A DNA stretch of 64,000 nt from an uncultured Phycisphaerales bacterium (GTDB taxonomy: Bacteria > Planctomycetota > Phycisphaerae > Tepidisphaerales > Tepidisphaeraceae), in the NCBI GenBank assembly GCA_963755915.1, contig CAVWLP010000002.1:832001-896000 (forward strand). Reading direction: 5' to 3'. Both the position numbers and the translations under genes were made by a program. Under the pieces are notes generated by a model. That model saw nothing but the letters and a program-made list of their open reading frames with translations, was not told the origin of the DNA and made no database searches. This document shows, piece after piece, positions 20,408 through 32,000 of the stretch (position 1 is the stretch's first letter; each line of letters starts with the position of its first letter).

Positions 20408-23128
20408 ATGCGGATTCGGCCGGCGATGGTGGCTGCCTCGGCGATCGCGTTGCAGTTGGCGCAGTCGCTTTATGGCGCTACGGATTCGTGGACCGCCGAT
20501 AGCGGGGATTGGGCCACCGCTTCAAACTGGAATAGTGGTGCGGGGCCGGTGCCTGGGGCGGGCGACGCCGCCAAAATCGCCGACTCCGACGACACCGACC
20601 GCGTCATTAATTACGACTACACAGGAAGTGCAATCACGCTGGCTTCTGTGCGCGTCGACAACGACGGCGCCACGGGCATCGATACCCTTACCATGACGGG
20701 GGTCGGAACTCTGCTCCAGGTTTCCGGCAGCGAGTTCATCGGCGATTCCAACTCCACCACCAGTCTTGGGTACGGCGTCATGGTCCAGTCCGTCGGAACC
20801 AACTCGCTGACAACTTCCACCTCGGATCTTTATCTTGGAGATGACGCGGACGACCTTGGTCAGTACAGCCTCAGCGGCTCCGGCATTCTGACCTGCAAGG
20901 GGACGGAATTCATCGGCAACGCCGGCGCCGGTGAAGTCTACCAATCCGGCGGAACCAACAATGGCAATGTGATCTATCTGGGCAACGCCTCCGGCGCGAG
21001 CGGATATTATTCTCTCGGTGGAAGCGGCATGCTCTCCGCCGGCCTCGAATCGGTCGGGACCAACGACGGCGACGGAACATTCTTCCAATCGGGTGGGACC
21101 AACACCCTTAACGACGGCACGTTGTACATCGGAGCCAGCGGCGGAAGCGGCTACTATTCGCTTTCTGCCGGCACGCTGGACTGCACCGGCACATCGGGGA
21201 CCGAATATATCGGAGATGGCGGCCCGGCGACGTTCGTTCAATCGGGCGGCCTGAGCAGTTGTGCCGTCATGACCCTCATCGGCTACTACTCCCTGTCGGC
21301 GGGTACGTTGACGACAACCAATTTTGGAGAAGAAATCGGTTTCAGCGGCGACGGCACATTCGTCCAAGACGGCGGAACCAACAGTTTCACCGGAACCTAC
21401 GGGCTGCAAATGGGGTATTACTCCGACGGTAACGGCACGTACTCGCTTAGCGCCGGCACGATCACCAGCAGCGTGGAGGAAGACATCGGCTACAACGGCA
21501 CCGGTACGTTCCTTCAAACCGGGGGAACCAATACCATCGTCAGCGGAAATCTGGTCCTCGGCTACACTGCCGGGGCCACCGGAATATATTCTCTGGGCGG
21601 AGCTGACAGCACGCTCTCGGTAGCGGGCAGCGCGTATGTCGGCGGTACCTCCAGCGGCGCGGCCGGCGCCGGAACCTATACCCAATCCAACGGCTCAGCC
21701 ACCGTCGGCCAGACGTTTGAGATCTACAGCGCCTCCGCCGACAGCGCAACGCTCTCCGGCGGGTCGCTCACCGTCGGATCGCTGGACGTATACGGTAATC
21801 CCTCCAAGTTCGACTGGACCGGCGGAACGCTTACCCTCACCAACCAGATCCTGGACATCAACAGCCCCACGGATTCCAACGCCTGCTTCGGCAATTCCCT
21901 GACGCTGAATTCCGGCATGACGCTGATGGTGGACGGCACGGAATCGATGGTCGGCGCTACCGCGCTGATCTCTCAAGTCGGCGGCAACAACCAATGCGGA
22001 GCGCTGGAACTGGGCAATACCAGCGATTTCGAGGATTGGCCGATCTACTCTCTGACCAGCGGCACCCTGACCGCCGGGCAGGAGTTGATCGGCTACAACG
22101 CCACCACCAGCGGTGGTGGGTCGTTCAGCCAATCGGGCGGGGCGAATAACCCCACCGCCATCATCATCGATTACAACTCAAACGGGGCGTACAGCCTTAT
22201 CAACGGGAGCGTCAGCGCCGATCAGATTTACATCGGCTTCTTCGGCTCCGGCGGCGTGCTGTTTATGAGCGGTGGATCGCTCACCACGTCCGAAACGGTC
22301 GACAACGGCTCGATCAATCAGACCGGCGGCACCGCCGCTTACGGCGCGGTTTCGGGAACCGGCTCTCTTTCGGTCGGCACGGCGGGATCGTCCAACCCGA
22401 TTGCCTATGCCACCGTGACGTCGATTTCTCAAGGCAGCGTGACCGTCGATAACCGCGGCGATCTGACGGTCCTTCATGACACGGCCAAGACCAACAACGT
22501 CATTGACTCCCTGACCATCAGCGGCAACGGGGTGATGGACATCACCAACAACCACTTCTTCATCGACTACGGTTCCGGTTCCGATCCCGACAGCACGATC
22601 GCCGGCTACATCAAGTCCGGCTACAACGGCGGCAACTGGAACGGGCCGGGAATCATTTCCTCAACCGCGCAGACGCCCACGAACGGTTTCAAATACGGCG
22701 TCGGATGGGCGGACGGCGCGGATGGGATTGTTTCGGGAATTACGTCGGGGGAGATCGAAGTCAAATATACACTGTTGGGGGATGCGAATCTCGACGGCAG
22801 CGTCAACGGAAGTGACTTCAGCATCCTGGCCGCCAATTTTGGCCTTGGGCATACCAACTGGGACCAGGGGGATTTTCTCTTCACCTCCGCCGTCAACGGC
22901 TCCGATTTCTCCGCACTCGCGGCCAACTTCGGCCAGGGAGATTCGGGACCGGGTGTGAGCGTTACGCCTGCGGATATTGCCGCGTTGGACTCTTTCGCTA
23001 TTGCAAACGGATTACCGCTGCCCATGATTGGAGTTGTGCCGGAGCCGGCATCTTTTGGAACGGGTATTGGCCTTCTCATCGGCCTGGCCGCCCGCCGAAA
23101 GCGACGAGCCGAGTGTAGCCGTTTCTGA
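20408..23128 (+). CDS. Beta-helix/passenger-like surface protein with dockerin-like module and PEP-CTERM
   Basis: MRIRPAMV signal after GGGAGG; ExIG..G.GTFxQxGGTN repeats; shared module; VPEP-TM-RRKRR. Confidence 0.9.
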   Translation: MRIRPAMVAASAIALQLAQSLYGATDSWTADSGDWATASNWNSGAGPVPGAGDAAKIADSDDTDRVINYDYTGSAITLASVRVDNDGATGIDTLTMTGVGTLLQVSGSEFIGDSNSTTSLGYGVMVQSVGTNSLTTSTSDLYLGDDADDLGQYSLSGSGILTCKGTEFIGNAGAGEVYQSGGTNNGNVIYLGNASGASGYYSLGGSGMLSAGLESVGTNDGDGTFFQSGGTNTLNDGTLYIGASGGSGYYSLSAGTLDCTGTSGTEYIGDGGPATFVQSGGLSSCAVMTLIGYYSLSAGTLTTTNFGEEIGFSGDGTFVQDGGTNSFTGTYGLQMGYYSDGNGTYSLSAGTITSSVEEDIGYNGTGTFLQTGGTNTIVSGNLVLGYTAGATGIYSLGGADSTLSVAGSAYVGGTSSGAAGAGTYTQSNGSATVGQTFEIYSASADSATLSGGSLTVGSLDVYGNPSKFDWTGGTLTLTNQILDINSPTDSNACFGNSLTLNSGMTLMVDGTESMVGATALISQVGGNNQCGALELGNTSDFEDWPIYSLTSGTLTAGQELIGYNATTSGGGSFSQSGGANNPTAIIIDYNSNGAYSLINGSVSADQIYIGFFGSGGVLFMSGGSLTTSETVDNGSINQTGGTAAYGAVSGTGSLSVGTAGSSNPIAYATVTSISQGSVTVDNRGDLTVLHDTAKTNNVIDSLTISGNGVMDITNNHFFIDYGSGSDPDSTIAGYIKSGYNGGNWNGPGIISSTAQTPTNGFKYGVGWADGADGIVSGITSGEIEVKYTLLGDANLDGSVNGSDFSILAANFGLGHTNWDQGDFLFTSAVNGSDFSALAANFGQGDSGPGVSVTPADIAALDSFAIANGLPLPMIGVVPEPASFGTGIGLLIGLAARRKRRAECSRF

Positions 23129-23367
23129 CATTTCTGTTGTATTTGCCGGCATAGGGTACTACCGTACCGAACGTCCATCCTTTCTTGAGGGCTGGGTTTC
23201 GGCATTCCTTTTCTGGCCGAAATATTTGCAAAATGTTAGCGGATAAAAGCGTGCCCACTGTTGGGACGTAGAGGGAGAGGGCATCAGCGTTGTGAATTTT
23301 ATTCAATTGGGTACGCACGGATTTGCTCGGCTGGCAAGCAGACAGCGTCGCAAGCAAAGAGGCCAAC

Positions 23368-26076
23368 ATGACGTCGAAAAAACGAAAATTTCGAGACAGA
23401 ACAATTACGCGGCGAATAGCCTTTCTGTGGTCGGCATCAACATTCGGAATCGCCCAAGTGGCATGGGGCGCTAACACCACCTACGTCGGGCCGAACAACG
23501 GCGATTTTCTCACGCGCGGCTATTGGAGCACGGGAAATGCACCCGCCTCCGGTGATGACGTTTATGTCGGGCCGGACGAGGGCTCCGCTACTTCCATGAA
23601 CGTCAACTTCGATTACACGCCGGCGGATTACAGCAGCGGCGGGTTCAATGATCTGTTTGTTGATTCTCCATCGACCAGCCAGAACATGACCGTCACCGAA
23701 AGTCCTAGTACGGAAGCTGGTGTTGCGCTTGAGACGGCTGAACTGAATCTCGGAGTAAACTCCAACAGCACGGGCACATTCATCCAGGGCGGCACAAACA
23801 TCACTGCGAACACTATTTCCCAGGGCATTAATGTCGGAAGCACCCTGCAATACGCGGACGGACCCACTTTCACGAATTGCTCGGGCGCTTATGAGTTGAT
23901 GGACCCCTCGGGCTCCATTAACGCCGGATATATCGCCATCGGCGCACAAAGCTCCGAGTTCACACAAACCGCCGGTTCGGTCACCGCCGGCTCTCTTCAG
24001 CTCGTCGACACCGATGGTTCCGGGTCTGACGAATACAACATGTCCGGCGGTACCCTGACAACAACTGGCTATATCTCGACTGCTCTGTATTCGCTCATTC
24101 CGGGTCAACAGGGAACTTTTTCCCAAACCGGGGGAAACGTCACCATCGCCTCGCCCTCGAGCCCCAGCTCTTTGGCCATTAACACAAATAGCCAATACAG
24201 CCTTTCAACGACCAGCGGCCCGGCCAGCCTTCAGGTCTATGGAAATCTCATCTGTCAGAGCACTTCCGGCAGCGATGGATTCACCCAGACCGGCGGAAGC
24301 GCCAATATTACCGGCAACGTCGAGCTGCAAAGCGACGGAACGGCGATCAACAACAGTACTTACGCTTACTTTCCAGCTTACCTGTCGTTCGGCGGCACCG
24401 CCGATTTCTCCGTCGGCGGCACACTCTCCCTCGGCACGTACTGCACGTATACTCAAAGCGGTGGCTCGGTCACGGTCGCCGGTACATTCTCAATCAGCGC
24501 TGCCAACTTGATACAAGGCGCCGCCAGCGCGAGCCTGTCGTCCGGATCCCTCAGCGTCGGAATGCTGGACACAAATGGCGCACCATCGAACTTTACCTGG
24601 ACCGGCGGCACGCTGACTCTCACGGGCCAGCCTCTCGACTTCGACTCCCCCGCCAGCGACAGCGATGCAAGCCTCGGTAATTCCCTGACGCTCGGTTCGA
24701 GCCAAGCTCTCACCGTGGAGGCCTACGAATGGCTCAACGGCAGCGGCGCCTCGGTCTCCCAAGCCAGCGGCAGCACGAACATCTGCACGGACCTCTATCT
24801 GGGAAACAGCGATGTCAGCACCTCTTACCAGCTCAATACCGGCGCCACGCTGACCACCACCTACGCCCCCTCCGGTTATCAATACATCGGCTACGAAGGC
24901 GGCGACGGCTCGACAGATACATTCCAGCAGTTCGGCGGCTCTAACAATTCCAACGACCTGTACATCGGATATAGCGACAACGCCATCGGCACATACACCC
25001 AGACCGGAGGAACCAACGGCGTCACGGGAAACCTTTACCTGGGCTATTCCGGCGGGACGCAGGGGACGTATACGCTTAACGGCGGGAACCTCACCGCTGA
25101 GAATGCCTATGTCGGCGGCACCAACGGCAACGAAGCCGGTGGAAAGGGAACGCTAAACATTTCGGGCAGCGGACAAATGACGGTTGACAACACGCTCCTG
25201 GTCTACGGCAACGGCAACGGAAACACGGTCAACATCTCAGGCGGCACACTCGATGTGCTGGGCAGCACGATCAATGAAGCGAGCATTACGCAAACCGCCG
25301 GCGGCAGCCAACTCGGTCCGGTCAGCGGTATTACGGGCACCATCGTCCTGGGCCAATCCTCAGGCAAACCCACGGGCATGTCGGTGCAGTCCATCGTTCA
25401 ATCGAGCGTGACCATCAGCAGCACTGGAACCCTGACGATTCTGACTAACGCGGTATCCACCACCAATACCCTCAACTCCCTGAGCGTCACCGGAAACGGG
25501 ACGCTGAACATTACGAACAATCATCTGTTCATTGATTACGGAAGCGGCTCCGACCCTGTCGCCTCCATCGCCGCCTATATCAAAAGCGGCTACAACGGCG
25601 GAAACTGGAACGGTCCGGGCATTAACTCTTCCGCCGCCGCATCCAACCACGCCTATGGCGTCGGCTGGGCCGACGGAAAAGACGGTGTCGTCTCCGGGCT
25701 CTCCTCCGGCGAGATTGAAATCAAATACACCCTTCTCGGCGACGCCAACCTCGACGGCACCGTCAATGGAAGTGATTTCAGCATCCTCGCGGCCAACTTC
25801 GGCACCGGCCACACCAACTGGGACCAGGGGAATTTCCTTTACGGCAGCTCCGTGAACGGATCCGATTTCTCCGCCCTCGCCGCGAATTTCGGCCAGGGCG
25901 ACAGCGGCGCGGCTGTCGCCGTATCACAATCCGACATGGCCGCGCTGGATGCGTTCGCGGAGGCGAATGGGTTGCCGATGCCGGCGATTGGGGCCGTGCC
26001 GGAGCCGGCGAGCGCCGGGATGGTCATCCTGTCCGGACTTGGCACGCTGGCTCTGCGGCGGCGAAGGCGCGGCTGA
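23368..26076 (+). CDS. Beta-helix/passenger-like surface protein with dockerin-like module and PEP-CTERM
   Basis: MTSKKRKF.. signal; FTQTGG repeats; shared module; VPEP-TM-RRRRR. Confidence 0.9.
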   Translation: MTSKKRKFRDRTITRRIAFLWSASTFGIAQVAWGANTTYVGPNNGDFLTRGYWSTGNAPASGDDVYVGPDEGSATSMNVNFDYTPADYSSGGFNDLFVDSPSTSQNMTVTESPSTEAGVALETAELNLGVNSNSTGTFIQGGTNITANTISQGINVGSTLQYADGPTFTNCSGAYELMDPSGSINAGYIAIGAQSSEFTQTAGSVTAGSLQLVDTDGSGSDEYNMSGGTLTTTGYISTALYSLIPGQQGTFSQTGGNVTIASPSSPSSLAINTNSQYSLSTTSGPASLQVYGNLICQSTSGSDGFTQTGGSANITGNVELQSDGTAINNSTYAYFPAYLSFGGTADFSVGGTLSLGTYCTYTQSGGSVTVAGTFSISAANLIQGAASASLSSGSLSVGMLDTNGAPSNFTWTGGTLTLTGQPLDFDSPASDSDASLGNSLTLGSSQALTVEAYEWLNGSGASVSQASGSTNICTDLYLGNSDVSTSYQLNTGATLTTTYAPSGYQYIGYEGGDGSTDTFQQFGGSNNSNDLYIGYSDNAIGTYTQTGGTNGVTGNLYLGYSGGTQGTYTLNGGNLTAENAYVGGTNGNEAGGKGTLNISGSGQMTVDNTLLVYGNGNGNTVNISGGTLDVLGSTINEASITQTAGGSQLGPVSGITGTIVLGQSSGKPTGMSVQSIVQSSVTISSTGTLTILTNAVSTTNTLNSLSVTGNGTLNITNNHLFIDYGSGSDPVASIAAYIKSGYNGGNWNGPGINSSAAASNHAYGVGWADGKDGVVSGLSSGEIEIKYTLLGDANLDGTVNGSDFSILAANFGTGHTNWDQGNFLYGSSVNGSDFSALAANFGQGDSGAAVAVSQSDMAALDAFAEANGLPMPAIGAVPEPASAGMVILSGLGTLALRRRRRG

Positions 26077-26086
26077 GCGCAAAGTG

Positions 26087-26203
26087 CCGCCGGACTTCGG
26101 CGAGCTCAGTCGAGCCGTGTCTTCACCGGCGGGGATTTATGGTTCCCATCCAATCTTGCGCAGGTGAGGAGACGGCTCGACTGAGCTCGCCGAAGTCCGG
26201 CGG
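26087..26203. repeat. Inverted pair of REP-like elements (32-bp perfect IR)
   Basis: CCGCCGGACTTCGGCGAGCTCAGTCGAGCCGT (26087-26118) and its reverse complement (26172-26203); related single copy at 61438-61461. Confidence 0.9.
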
Positions 26204-26245
26204 GACTTGACCGGGATTCATGGCATTTGTGAAGCCGGGGATATT

Positions 26246-26557
26246 TCAAATCCCCAGCCCATCGATGAATTGCGAATGATTTGCGCCGCGCGCCTTCTCG
26301 CGCAGGCGCTTTTCAAGGAATTCGCCGCAGGCGTAGAGAAGCCCGCGGATTTGCGGATCGGCCTGAGGCTGGGAGCGCAGGAAATCTTCGGTGGATTCGA
26401 GCACGGCGGCGAGGGCATCGCTGGTGGCGCGGCAGTAGCCCTCATCGTAACCCTGTTCGTGGTAGATATTGACCAGGGTGGGCCAGAGGCCGTCCCCCTC
26501 GATCGACTCGGCCGGCGCGGTGGCGAAATCATGAGGATGTAGATCAATCTGTGACAT
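26246..26557 (-). CDS. Small hypothetical helical protein (GYDEGY motif)
   Basis: MSQIDLHPHD...YHEQGYDEGY...FIDGLGI; purine-rich upstream; follows the XRE gene. Confidence 0.65.
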   Translation of the reverse strand: MSQIDLHPHDFATAPAESIEGDGLWPTLVNIYHEQGYDEGYCRATSDALAAVLESTEDFLRSQPQADPQIRGLLYACGEFLEKRLREKARGANHSQFIDGLGI

Positions 26558-26594
26558 CGTTTTGGTTTTCCCCAGGGGCGAAAAAATTAAAGCT

Positions 26595-27173
26595 CTATCG
26601 CTGGGCGATTTTTTTTGCCTTTGCGGCCTCGGCGGGCGTGGGCTCTCCGGCATCGTCAGGCACGGGGGCCAGCAGATCTCCGAGGATGGCGCCGATTTCG
26701 GTTCCGGTTCCCGGCAGGATGGCGGAGAAAATCGCGGCGGCGATGGGGCTCAGCGCCGTCGCGGCGGATTCCTTGACGGCTTTGGCGCCGATGCGGGCGG
26801 CGCGAACGCGGTCCTTGAGCATTCCCGTCGAGATATATTGCCGCATGGCGGCGACGTCCCGGGGATCGACCGCGCCGCGTTTGGTTTCAGCGTGGCCGGG
26901 CAGGGCCGTCAGGGCGTGGACCTCGGCGACGCCGCACAGGAGCAGAATCGGAGGCAGCCCCAGCGCGGATCCGAGTTCGACGATGGTCGAGAGCCGCGGA
27001 TCGCTGTAGCCGGTTTCGATCTGGGCAATCGTGGCGCGGGAGATTCCCGAGGCCTCGGCGAGTTCCTGCTGGGTGACTCCCGCGGCGACGCGGGCGACGA
27101 CGAGGTTCTTGGCAAGAACCGTTTCGGCCGCCTCGCGGATCGGAGAACTGATTGTTTTATGCACCGGAACCAT
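26595..27173 (-). CDS. XRE/Cro-CI HTH transcriptional regulator
   Basis: [34 protein letters not shown]. Confidence 0.9.
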   Translation of the reverse strand: MVPVHKTISSPIREAAETVLAKNLVVARVAAGVTQQELAEASGISRATIAQIETGYSDPRLSTIVELGSALGLPPILLLCGVAEVHALTALPGHAETKRGAVDPRDVAAMRQYISTGMLKDRVRAARIGAKAVKESAATALSPIAAAIFSAILPGTGTEIGAILGDLLAPVPDDAGEPTPAEAAKAKKIAQR

Positions 27174-27326
27174 ACAGACCGCGTTTTTCGAAGGATGCTT
27201 TCATCACCATTCTGCAACGATCAGAGTGGACGCGGCGTACAGCGCGATCGGGCGGCGATCTCACCTGGACGCTTCATCCGTGAAGCACGGGAACGAGGAT
27301 TCTTCAGGGGGTTACGCATGATCGCA

Positions 27327-27551
27327 TCAGTTCCAATTGGGATCGAAATGCGCCGGCGACGGTACAGACGCCTCTGCAACCAGCACGGCATTGGTGTACG
27401 CCCACTGATAGATCGCTTGCGCGAACGGGAATGAGTTGGGGAGCACCAGGCAAGCGGGGCAGGAAACGAACGCGGGTTGAGGCGGCGGCAGAGGACGGTT
27501 CTTCGGCGAGCGTCCCAAGAGCAAGTTCCGCATTTGCTGTTTCGTTGTCAT
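27327..27551 (-). CDS. Small hypothetical protein with CPAC motif
   Basis: MTTKQQ...FVSCPACL...AIYQWAY...DPNWN; GAGG upstream. Confidence 0.55.
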   Translation of the reverse strand: MTTKQQMRNLLLGRSPKNRPLPPPQPAFVSCPACLVLPNSFPFAQAIYQWAYTNAVLVAEASVPSPAHFDPNWN

Positions 27552-27570
27552 CGAAGTTGCCTCGCTGTCT

Positions 27571-27594
27571 AATCCTACTAAATCGACCGGAGTT
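27571..27594 (-). promoter_or_regulatory. Candidate operator, copy A (Rrf2/CymR-like)
   Basis: Reverse complement AACTCCGGTCGATTTAGTAGGATT shares A.TC...T.G..TTAGTAGG with copy B. Confidence 0.4.
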
Positions 27595-27768
27595 ATAGAT
27601 ATCATGATAGGATATCGGTAAACAGTCAAGTAAAAAGGCACGATTTTTGCAATTCGTCTAACAAACCGGACATTGACGAGCTAATTATACGAAGTCTAAT
27701 CGATTGTACATTAACGAATTATGGCTTGAACTTGATGGCTCCGGTGCGGATACTCCCGCCAAGACATT

Positions 27769-27791
27769 ATTCATATAGGATTAGTAGGCAA
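27769..27791 (+). promoter_or_regulatory. Candidate operator, copy B, abutting the start codon; TTGAAC-17-GATACT promoter-like sequence at 27726-27754
   Basis: ATTCATATAGGATTAGTAGGCAA, first 17 nt 16/17 identical to copy C. Confidence 0.5.
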
Positions 27792-28912
27792 TGGAAAGAA
27801 ACCGCAAAGCGTTTACCCTCGTGGAACTCCTCGTCGTCATCGGAATCATCGCGGTTCTGGTTGGCATTCTGCTTCCGGCTTTGTCCAAAGCGCGCGAGCA
27901 GGCCAACACGGTCAAATGCGCTTTGAATCTGCGCGGCATCGGCCAGGCATTCCAGCAGTATCTGACGGAGAACCAGGACACGTTTCCGCCATCGAATTTT
28001 TACACAGCGCTACAGGTGAATATCGGGGCGGGGACGCAATCGCCTTTGACGCCTGGGGCCGGATACACACATTGGTCGGCGCTCATCAATGGATCGGCGA
28101 AGTGGGAACCGGCTGAGGATTACCTGACGAACTGCTACCAGACCGGCCAGACTCCGAGCCTCAGCGCTTGGCAACTTGCTCCGTTTCTCAACACGGCGGC
28201 GTGGGGTCAATACCAGTGCCCCAGCCTGGTGGATGGGGGTTTGCCACCCGCCAATACATACGCCGCCAATAACGAACTGGGAATCCAAAACGAGGCGGGT
28301 CCAACTTGGATCGACATTCAGGCGCCGCGATTGGCATACACTGCGAACGAAGCGCTTTGCCCGCGATCGTATTACATTCACGCTCCTTCGGGGTTTGCGC
28401 ATCCCGTTCTTCAACCGTACCATTTTGTGCGTTCGGGCAAGGTGGCGCACAGCGGAAGCACGATTCTGGCGGCGGAGCTTTGGGGATTTCAGTATGACGC
28501 GATCGCCAAATCGCAAATTGACGGCGCCTCGCAGGTGAGCAACACTCGCCGCCCGGTGTCGGGATTCATCGCGCCGGGCACGCTGGGTCCTGACTATCTG
28601 TATACGTCGCTGACGGGAATCTTCCAGCCTGTTTCCCCCACCGTGGACGACATGACGCCGGATCCTGAAACGTCGTTTCAGGCGACGGCGGCGGCTGGTG
28701 GTTTTCCGAACCCGACGACAACGCTGGATTTTATAGGCCGAAATCACGGGAGAAAGTCATACGGCCACGTTGCGGGGAGCATCCGCGGCGGATGGGACCT
28801 GCGAACCACGAATTTTCTCTATGTGGATGGGCATGTTGAAACCAAGCACGTAGCGGAAACGATCTATCCAAACAATCAGTGGGGCGACGAGATGTACTCG
28901 TTGCAGAATTAA
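27791..28912 (+). CDS. Prepilin-type N-methylation / DUF1559 (H-X9-DG) protein
   Basis: AFTLVELLVVIGIIAVLVGILLPALSKAREQA; C-terminal RNHG...NFLYVDGHV. Confidence 0.92.
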   Translation: MERNRKAFTLVELLVVIGIIAVLVGILLPALSKAREQANTVKCALNLRGIGQAFQQYLTENQDTFPPSNFYTALQVNIGAGTQSPLTPGAGYTHWSALINGSAKWEPAEDYLTNCYQTGQTPSLSAWQLAPFLNTAAWGQYQCPSLVDGGLPPANTYAANNELGIQNEAGPTWIDIQAPRLAYTANEALCPRSYYIHAPSGFAHPVLQPYHFVRSGKVAHSGSTILAAELWGFQYDAIAKSQIDGASQVSNTRRPVSGFIAPGTLGPDYLYTSLTGIFQPVSPTVDDMTPDPETSFQATAAAGGFPNPTTTLDFIGRNHGRKSYGHVAGSIRGGWDLRTTNFLYVDGHVETKHVAETIYPNNQWGDEMYSLQN

Positions 28913-29047
28913 CAGTCGCCTGTTCCGGAGGGAAAGAAAATGAGTCACGTCTTTCGCTGTTGCCGCAGGGGATAGCCGTTCTGCGCAGATTAGTTGTATC
29001 TTGAATAAACACAATAACTTGCATCCATATTTACTGGGAAAGAAACC

Positions 29048-32000
29048 ATGAAAATTTCACGCATTAACCGGGGACTTATTCTTGCGGGGGCCGTGGCCGC
29101 GGCCATGAACTCCATTCAGGCTTTTGCCGGAACCTCCACCAACACAAGCGGACCCGTTCAGCAGGGTCAATCGGATGGGGGGACGGGAAACCCGTCGCTG
29201 AATAACCCGGCCGTCACGATTTCATTTGCAGGCCAAACCGCCCTGCAGAATTTTGACGAATCGCCGGGCATCACCGAACTGGCGCCGGGCACGTCGATCG
29301 TGCTTCATGATGGAACCAACGGTGCGCCGGTAACGTACATCGCGCCCAACAACAACTCCGATTACGTGCAGCTGGCTAATCCGAATTTCGGCACGCCAGA
29401 TACAAGCCCTGGAACTCCAACCGATCCATCGACCTCGACGGAACAGATCGCCTCGGCCATTCGCCTGGAATGGCACTCGGAGGGTTCGATCGATGGCTTT
29501 TACGATCTGATCAATGACGAGATCGGATTCAACCAGACCTCCGGTCCCATCTCCAACGAAGCTTTGCGCACGCCGTCCAGTTCGAATCCGACGTGGATCA
29601 ACACCAACGAATTCACCGCCGGCGGGACGAGCAACGGATTTACGCTCGACAATTCCGCATCCGACGACCTGGCCAACACCTACAGCACGACCGTTTACAA
29701 CCAGGCGACGGGCGTGAATCTGCTCGGCGGTCAAAACCGCGTGCAGTTTTCGGTTGGGGAATATCCGACCGAGGCGTTTGCGGTATCCGGCACCCCCAGT
29801 CCAACCGCCACGCCAGGATCACCCGGTTACGGGCAGGGCAATCCCGCGCTGAAGACGGGGTCAGTGCTTACGAATCTAGGGACGGCCGGTGGACGGCAGC
29901 AGTTTCAATCGTCGTCGATCGCGAACGAATCGACGAGCATCGATGATCCCCAGACGGACGCCGCGTATGCGGCTGGCCCATGGAACACCGCGGGCGCAAA
30001 CAACATCACCAGCACGCCATTCGCCGTGACAGCGGTAACGTATTCCGCCAATCCCGGAACCGGCCTCGAGCGGCTCAATGAAACCGACGCGCAGTGGCTC
30101 CAGACCACCGGCCGCCTGCAAAACGGTGCCCTCTTCAACGTCGTCGCCCGCACCGTCGATACCGGGCAGCGCGTGGTTTTCGCCGCGAATACCGGCGTCG
30201 ATCCCTCATGGGCAGTGGGAAGCAACGACGACGGCAACACGACCAGTTCGGCCGCCGGAAAGGCCCAGGATTCGATCGGGGCGTCGTACCGGTACGACGG
30301 AAAGACCAGCGGTAGTCTTGCCCAGACGACTATCTCGAACGGCCGTATGGCCGTTGGCGCACTGTCCATCCCCGAGGCGCAGAAAGCGACCCAGACCACG
30401 CCGATTCGCGCCTTGGACATCGGCTTCAATTACACCAGCAGCAACGACCCGACTCTCTCCAGTTACGGCAGCGACAACAACGACAGCAACCCTGAATTCG
30501 TGCGGGCGGATTTCAACACGATCGTCAGCAGCAATTCCACCACGCGCTACCAGGCGGTGCTCATCTCGCACTACAACACGGTGAAAACGCCCAACCAAAC
30601 CGCACTCGACGCCGAGCTGACGGCAGAGGACATCGACCCCTCGAACGCGACGCCTGCCCAGCAGTCGGCTGCCTGGGCCGCGATCCCCAGCTTCGATCCC
30701 TCGACGGCGGAGACGGACGGCACACCGTCTTTCCCCGTCTCGGGGATCAAGGGGGACACCACCGGCGACGTCGCCGCCTTCCTCTCCAACATCGTCAACA
30801 GCGTCGGCACGGCCGCCGCGGGGCTCACCCCGACAACCGTCAACAATCCCGCGGACAATCTGTTCCTCAATGGCTATCTGATTCCCGGCTTGCTGGATTA
30901 CACGCGGCAGACCGATGGCGGTCCCATCACGCCGGTCACGCTGTCCCCTGCCTCCCAGACAGAACAAAACGAGGTGGAGGAAAACTATGGAAGCTTGTTC
31001 ACAACCGATGGAACCTACGCCTCCAACAATCAGACCATCGGATCGGCGCCTTACTATGGAGCGGGCAATTCGACCAACACCTTCAATGGCAACATCCCAA
31101 TTACCTCCAAGTCGGTAACCTTCACCGACGGGGTCATCACCTCGTATGCCAACGACACCACCGACGGCGACGTCACTGACGCCGGTGGCAACTATCTCTT
31201 CGGGAACTTCAACCAGAACGGCGTGCGCGATCTATCCGCCGTCGAGCAGGCCAACAACGCGGCTCTTTCGCTCACCCAGGTTGACGTCGTGGAGCATGGC
31301 GGCACCGACGGCGCCTTCACCACCAGCGGAGGCGTGTCCAACAGCACCGTCATCCCCTCCCTCGACAACACCAATGGAACGCCCGGCTGGGCCGCCACCA
31401 ATACGGATACCAAGGGCGACCTGATTGTCCTCGGCGATTACGCCGGCCAGGGGACCTTCAACGGCCAGGACCTCTACCTCCTGGACATCGGCGCATCCCT
31501 CACCAGCGCCGACAGCACCACAGGACTGAACGCGACGGCCGCCACATTCGCCGATGCCGTCCGAGACCCAACCGACATCCTGCGCAAGAATGCCGCCCTG
31601 AATTACACCGAAACCTATCTAACCACGGGTTTTGGCGGCACGAATTACCCAGCGGCTTCCGCCTATCTCCTCAAATCCGCCGCCGCCGTCCTTGAGGCAT
31701 CCAGCGTCCCATTCGGCGCTACCAGTCTCGGCACCGACCCGGTCAACGGGCTCGATGAATTCACGTATGATCCCAACGGCCAATACGCCTTCAATCCCGC
31801 CGACGTTCTCCGCGAAGGAGCCATCGACTTCAACGACGCCGTCGTTGTCGATGCAGACAACGGCGATAGCTACGAAAACCAGACCCAGTCCCTGGCTTCC
31901 ACGGCGCTAACCCCCGTTACCGGCGTGGTCGAACCCATCAATCTGGCCGTGGCTCAGCAGGTCGACGGCGAATCCGCCATCGGCTCCGCCGACGTCGCCG

